From Thraustochytrium aureum (taxonomy: Eukaryota), in contig BLSG01000275.1 in NCBI GenBank assembly GCA_012862495.1, forward strand, positions 67,297-128,970: a DNA stretch of 61,674 nucleotides, in the 5' to 3' direction. Under the pieces are notes generated by a model. It saw nothing but the letters and a program-made list of their open reading frames with translations, had not been told where the DNA came from and made no database searches. The position numbers were made by a program, and so were the translations under genes. Shown in pieces: positions 56,654-61,674 of the stretch (position 1 is the stretch's first letter; each line of letters starts with the position of its first letter).

Positions 56654-57880
56654 ATGACTCACCTGTCGGACTTTAGCTACGTGGACAGAGCGGTGAGCAG
56701 CTTTGTTCTCTTCCCGCTCATCCTCCACTTTGTGTTTTTCGAAAAGAAGGCTCATCGCGATCTACTCAGCAGCAAAAAGCGCCGCACGTACAAACGGTTC
56801 CTGGTGCTCTTTTTCTACATTCTCGCCTACGTTCTCGGAACAACGTACGACATTATGTCAACCAAGCTCAAGTACAGCGAGGGTTTTGTAGACACTTGCC
56901 TGGTCCGTGTTGAGAATGGCACGAATGAGACGGTCGTCTTTCGCCACCCCAAAGAAGCGTTTGAGAGCATCGCTATGGATCCCGGGCAGCCATTTCTGTA
57001 CAACGGCCCCTTGCAAATCAACGCATCGTACACTAACGCTGGGGGGTGCGGAATCGTGACAACGCCTGCAAGCCTCTACGACGAAGGGTCGCTCAGAATC
57101 CTGCCTACGATCGACACGTTGTGGAACCTCCAGTGCACCCTTCGTAACTCGGGCATCTTTCTGTTGCTCTCGTTTTTCAACCAGCAGATGAGGGTATTCT
57201 TCAAGGAGCCGTGTCTCTCACGCTGGGAGTCGCGCCTCTGCACCTCGTACAGCTTCATTTCGCTTGGTTCGTACTTTGTCCTGCCGCAATTCATCATGTC
57301 GCCGCTTTTGTCGACGATATCGTCTCAGTTGCTCTGGTCGCTAGAGCTCTACTTTGCGTGTTGCTTTCTTCTCGTCGCGAACTGGCGTATTACGCGTCTG
57401 CTCAACGAGCGGCTTGCGCACGAGCGCAAAATGTCGATCAGCGGGCAGAGCAAGCTTCTCGAGTCGATTGCGTACATCAAGAGCATGAACTTGGTTCTTG
57501 CGATGGTGACCCTTGGCGAAGCAACAGGCCTCTTTGTCCTCAACATGGACATCCTTTTGGTTGAATGGAGAGGTGAGTTTCCAGCCCCACTTGCCACCCC
57601 ATCGCAGGTCTTTGCTGGATGCAGGGAGGCTGGCGCGGGGATGCTGACGCCGATTGTTGTGCCTCTGTGCTTGTATCGCTCAGTCATTTACCATTCAAAG
57701 CTGCTTACCGACGTTTGGACAAAGGTGTTCAACTTTTTCTTCATCATCGAGCCGCTTATTGTGATTGCCATCCTCTACAAGCCTCAGTTTCTGCACGTCA
57801 AGGATGTGCAGCGCAGCACCACGGTGGTGGCGCCGTCGGAAGCGCGCTCGTTTGCGCCAAGCTCTGCGAACAACATCTAG
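56654..57880 (+). CDS. Uncharacterised ~7-TM membrane protein; probable intron 57573-57683
   Basis: 408-aa ORF with ~7 hydrophobic helices and a glycosylatable Cys-bounded loop after KLKYSEGF. Confidence 0.75.
   Translation: MTHLSDFSYVDRAVSSFVLFPLILHFVFFEKKAHRDLLSSKKRRTYKRFLVLFFYILAYVLGTTYDIMSTKLKYSEGFVDTCLVRVENGTNETVVFRHPKEAFESIAMDPGQPFLYNGPLQINASYTNAGGCGIVTTPASLYDEGSLRILPTIDTLWNLQCTLRNSGIFLLLSFFNQQMRVFFKEPCLSRWESRLCTSYSFISLGSYFVLPQFIMSPLLSTISSQLLWSLELYFACCFLLVANWRITRLLNERLAHERKMSISGQSKLLESIAYIKSMNLVLAMVTLGEATGLFVLNMDILLVEWRGEFPAPLATPSQVFAGCREAGAGMLTPIVVPLCLYRSVIYHSKLLTDVWTKVFNFFFIIEPLIVIAILYKPQFLHVKDVQRSTTVVAPSEARSFAPSSANNI
57573..57683 (+). other. 111-nt in-frame, stop-free GT-AG intron
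   Basis: G|GTGAGT donor, GCTGAC branch-like site, CTCAG|TC acceptor. Confidence 0.7.
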
Positions 57881-58068
57881 CGCCAAAAGGGCGCAGCGTA
57901 GAGGCGTCGCAACTCGGCACGCAGCCATGCGAGTCTTCTCAAGCTCTCTCGACCCTCGGTACGTGATGGCGGAAAGAGGGGTAACAGGGCGCAGGGCAGC
58001 AGCTCAACTTGACCGGACCGAGTGGCCGCAAAGACCTTTCGCGTTTTCGTTTTCCTCCTTTATTGTTG

Positions 58069-59115
58069 CTAAAGCGTGACGCTGTCTAGGTACATGCCAG
58101 CAGCCACGTCGCGGGCGGTAAAGCCAGCTTCAGGCTCGCCTTGGAATACTGTCTTGTAGTCTGACACGAACGTCTCTATCGACCGGGGGGGGCGGCCGAC
58201 CAACGCTGCAAAGTCTCCCGACGGCGTCTCGTCGCCGCCCACTCGCTGCGCCAAATAGATCCCCGAGGACACGACGGCGAAAGGGAGCGAGTGGCCATCG
58301 CGAACAAGTTTGATCGCATAGCCCACTGTCCACTCCCGCGAATACGAAATGTTGCGGCCCAGGACAGTTGACAGTGTTTCCGCAACGTCTTCAAACGTGA
58401 TGCTGGCTGGCCCAGTGACCACAATGGCACGGTTGTCGATGCGTGCCAAATCTTCCCCGCCCTCAAGGCCACGCGCAATCGCGCAGGCGGCCGCCTCGGC
58501 CACGTCACGAGCATCCACCATGCCGACCTTGGTGCGTCCCGCAGGAACTTGGACCTGGCTGCGCTTGACGATGGCGCGCAAGTGCACCCCGGTTAGGTTT
58601 TGCATGAAAAAGCTTGGCCGAATAATGGTCGTGGCCATTCCGTCGCGAAGCTGGGCGGGATGCTCGTTCTCGGCATCGGAAAACGGAATCGCGCGCCCTC
58701 GCCCGGAAACGATGCCAATTTCCTCTTCGATCCCATAGTGCGGGATCATCTTGACGCGGTCAGCGGCGACGACCGACATGTATACGAGGTGGCGTACGCC
58801 GTTTTCAGCGCACGCTTGGATGAAAGGCGCCAAGTCCTTGCGGTAAGCCGGCCCTGGCCGCATGAGGAAGACAGCCTTCGGCGGCCCTTTGAGCGCTGCC
58901 CCGAACGTAGAGGGGTCACGAAAGTCGAGCGCCACAGGCTCGAGTCCATTAGCCCCAAGCTCGCCGCACCCGCTGGGCTTGCGAAATCCCGCAGGCCGCA
59001 CCTCAACGCCAAACTTTGACGCAAGCAACTTTGCCGTTGCTCGCCCGACGTTGCCGCTCGCGCCCGTAACCAGCACGGGCCCTTTGGCCGCCAGGATGTC
59101 GGCAACGTGCGCCAT
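58069..59115 (-). CDS. NmrA-like atypical short-chain dehydrogenase/reductase
   Basis: VLVTGASGNVG, LDFRDPSTF, HLVYMS, IPHYGIEE, IRPSFFMQN, VDARDVAE, VTGP. Confidence 0.88.
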   Translation of the reverse strand: MAHVADILAAKGPVLVTGASGNVGRATAKLLASKFGVEVRPAGFRKPSGCGELGANGLEPVALDFRDPSTFGAALKGPPKAVFLMRPGPAYRKDLAPFIQACAENGVRHLVYMSVVAADRVKMIPHYGIEEEIGIVSGRGRAIPFSDAENEHPAQLRDGMATTIIRPSFFMQNLTGVHLRAIVKRSQVQVPAGRTKVGMVDARDVAEAAACAIARGLEGGEDLARIDNRAIVVTGPASITFEDVAETLSTVLGRNISYSREWTVGYAIKLVRDGHSLPFAVVSSGIYLAQRVGGDETPSGDFAALVGRPPRSIETFVSDYKTVFQGEPEAGFTARDVAAGMYLDSVTL

Positions 59116-59595
59116 GGCCCTTAGCCCCGCCAGCGCGTCGAGCAGCAGCTGCTCGACTTGCGCGCAAGGCCGCGCTTCTCCGCGTCGCTGCACTCTTGAG
59201 TCCACGACGGCAGGTGCGCACCTTTTGAAAGAACAAAGTGAGCCCGTTGCACCAGATTGGATTGGGCGTGTGACGAAACCTCACGAGCACCACCCACTGC
59301 GCGCGGTCTGAGCAGTGCACGTGTGGAGACATGTGCGCGCGCGCTTCGATCAGGTGGGTAGTACTTTTTGATATTAGTGACTCGCCGAGTAAAGCGCAAG
59401 CTGCAACGGGGCTCCGCGAGGGCCTGCGCGCCACCCTCCAGCTCCGACATGGCTCTGTTGAGAAGCGCTAGTAGAGTACCTAGCTACCTACTCCTTGTTG
59501 ACCAGGTTGCTCGTCGAGTCCGACGTCGAGTCGCTTGCAGAAGGCCGACCAACAGGGCCATCGCCAAGCAAAGGCCTGCTTCCGCGGGGGGGGGG

Positions 59596-61203
59596 ATGGC
59601 CGCACGGAGCGTGATGCAGGTGCTGGCGGGCGTGTGCCTCGGGATAGCCCTCGACCGTTCAGCTCTGGTCGACTGGAAGGTGTCCGAAGGCCAGTTGGGG
59701 AGTGAAGCGCTGCCGATTTCTTGGACTGACCGGCAAGACGCCTTGAACGAAACCGAGGTGTTCATGTGCGACGCAGAGGGCTCCGCGGCCTTTGCTGGAG
59801 ACGTGCGATTTCCGTTCGGTGTCTGCTCGGGGGAACAGGGCCACAGCACCAACTCGGCAAAGCCGTGCGCGCGCCCGTTTGGGTGGAGGTCGGCGCAGGA
59901 CTGGGAGGACTTTTACTCCCCAGCCGAGCGCGTCACCATCAAGACGGGCAAGTGCTCCTTGGAGCCGCAGATGTGCTGTCCAGGAGCAATCTCCCAAGGA
60001 GGTGGCCTCCGCTATCGGAGCCAGGGCTGTTCTGCCAGGCGGCCGCGCGAGTTTGGCGTGGGCAAACCTAGGTTCCCCGTCGATTACAGCCTGCTCTTTG
60101 AGCCAAACAAGGGCAAGCGGGAGGAGCTGTTTGACATGGCTCAGGCCCTTAGTCTGTTGCCCCATGGTGCAACGGTAGCGCTGCTAGGTGACAGCATGCA
60201 AGCAGAGTTCTTCGAAGGCCTGCTGTGTGACTTGGCCCGCTCCGGGCGCGGTCGCTTGACCGCTTCAAACGTTTACGCTCGCGAGAAGAAGAATTGGCGC
60301 GTCGGCGCGGGGCTCCGCTGGGAAGCTGATGCAGAGATTTTGGCGAATGGCACTACCGTGCACAAGACCATCCACCTCGTTTTCCACCGCGAGTACGTTT
60401 TCTCGTCCGACGGCCTCACGATCCGCGAAATCTGCACCGGTGTCGATGTGCTCGTGTTCAATTTTGGCCTTCACTGGCAAACCGAGAGCTCCATGCGCAA
60501 GTCGGCCAAAGAGCTTGCGTCGATTCTCGAACGCGAGTGTCTCGGGCGGGGCGTCAAGCAGCTGGTGTTCCGCGGCACGACGCATCAGCACTTTTTTCAG
60601 TGGGGGGGCGACTATGCGGCCAATCGGGAACACATTAATGACTATTTGGCGAAAGGCGCGCCGGAGACGGTGCGGAATCAAACGAAATCAAGCAAAGCAA
60701 TGCCAGACAGTTTGGGGTGTGAACAAGTCAAATTTGGAGGCCAAGAAGCGAAGCTGTACGACTGGCGCAACTTTGCCGTTGTCAGCGAGTTTGTTCGGGC
60801 TGGGTACCGCCTGGTCATGACCCCTTGGGGAGCAGAAGACAAACCGGGGTGTGCCACTCGCCACGGCCCCCGAAAGACTCTGTTCTACATTCCAATGGGC
60901 GAGGTCACGATGGACCGCCACGACATGCATGACTTGGACTGCACGCACTACTGCAGCTCGCCTTCGCTTTGGCGGGTGCTCGCCGACGCTCTGTACCTCG
61001 CATTTCACCAAGCGTCACCGAGGATCTGTACAACGCCAATTGTGCGGGCTCGAAATCGGTCAATTCCGACTGACCCCAAGCCATTGGGGGAGCACTTGTA
61101 CAAAAGCGACCCACACTATGCCATCCCTGAGCTACCAGCCGGTATCTACAAGACCTCTGCTGCGAGGCCACCCGCGGCAAAAGCAATGACGAAAGGTCCC
61201 TAA
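59596..61203 (+). CDS. TBL/PC-esterase (SGNH-like) O-acyltransferase/esterase
   Basis: N-terminal anchor, ALLGDSM, VFNFGLHW, LVFRGTTHQHF and DCTHYC (GDS + DxxH). Confidence 0.8.
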   Translation: MAARSVMQVLAGVCLGIALDRSALVDWKVSEGQLGSEALPISWTDRQDALNETEVFMCDAEGSAAFAGDVRFPFGVCSGEQGHSTNSAKPCARPFGWRSAQDWEDFYSPAERVTIKTGKCSLEPQMCCPGAISQGGGLRYRSQGCSARRPREFGVGKPRFPVDYSLLFEPNKGKREELFDMAQALSLLPHGATVALLGDSMQAEFFEGLLCDLARSGRGRLTASNVYAREKKNWRVGAGLRWEADAEILANGTTVHKTIHLVFHREYVFSSDGLTIREICTGVDVLVFNFGLHWQTESSMRKSAKELASILERECLGRGVKQLVFRGTTHQHFFQWGGDYAANREHINDYLAKGAPETVRNQTKSSKAMPDSLGCEQVKFGGQEAKLYDWRNFAVVSEFVRAGYRLVMTPWGAEDKPGCATRHGPRKTLFYIPMGEVTMDRHDMHDLDCTHYCSSPSLWRVLADALYLAFHQASPRICTTPIVRARNRSIPTDPKPLGEHLYKSDPHYAIPELPAGIYKTSAARPPAAKAMTKGP

Positions 61204-61674
61204 TCGAGCCAACGGGGCTCTCGGATCAGGGTGGAGCGGATTGAAGGGTATCCGCTTCCAGGTCAAACGTTGGCCAAGCCATGGGTTCGGGCGGCCAGCG
61301 CCAATCTCTACGTAGTAATTGACAAGGAAGCCACGAGATGACAAGTCTGCGGACGGAATGCAGCGTGCCCGACACCCAGCTATGTTTTCGCCGTTCTATA
61401 CCATCCGGCGAAAAAGGTATGCTCGAGCACAAGGGCTCTCAAGCCCTGGCTCCTTTGTGTTCGTAGTTAAAGTCCTGAGAGTGGTTTTGTCGCTGCATCG
61501 CGTCTGACAAATAAACTCGAAGGCGGCGGGCGTTGGGATTCGAACGCTGTGATGGCTTTTGCTTTCGGGGAACGGCGGCTTGTCCGCACGTCGCGCTACA
61601 ACCGCGCGGATAGACTGCTGGTCAAAGCCGCAGGCAGCTTGGTCTTGCCCGCTCCGTAGGGCTGGCCTTCGGCT

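Noticed and set aside
59317..59324. GCACGTGT, reverse complement of a diatom low-iron promoter motif
   Set aside because: Generic G-box, outside the iron cluster, and CACGTG is common in this window.
1..61674. tRNA/rRNA genes, TnpB/Fanzor, integrases or viral hallmark genes
   Set aside because: None recognised by eye; content of the N gaps cannot be assessed.

Overview
GC-rich, gene-dense eukaryotic draft sequence with few, short GT-AG introns, 11 N-gaps and many single-base frameshifts at short homopolymers, which look like assembly errors. Gene content suggests a stramenopile, probably labyrinthulomycete/thraustochytrid-like; that placement is inference. Housekeeping genes: RPL5, mitochondrial HSP60, coronin-7, a Yvh1/DUSP12-type zinc-binding protein and a PPR-like protein. 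Cell-surface, secreted or enzyme genes: a ~2,800-aa ricin-lectin/PAN-Apple protein ending in an HNH-like motif, a tandem two-domain glutathionyl-hydroquinone reductase, a PI-PLC-X-like protein, an LRR-FN3-7TM receptor-like protein, PhoD, an NmrA-like reductase and a TBL/PC-esterase. The most interesting region is 45.5-55.2 kb, a candidate iron-acquisition cluster. It holds a membrane-anchored ISIP3-like protein (cupredoxin + DUF305), a PHM-like copper monooxygenase, two FTR1 iron permeases, a decayed third FTR1 copy, and a tyrosinase whose CuB site is split by a transmembrane hairpin. One FTR1 carries an N-terminal Tyr-Gly repeat, and no multicopper ferroxidase is visible in the window. All family calls come from motif recognition, not database searches.
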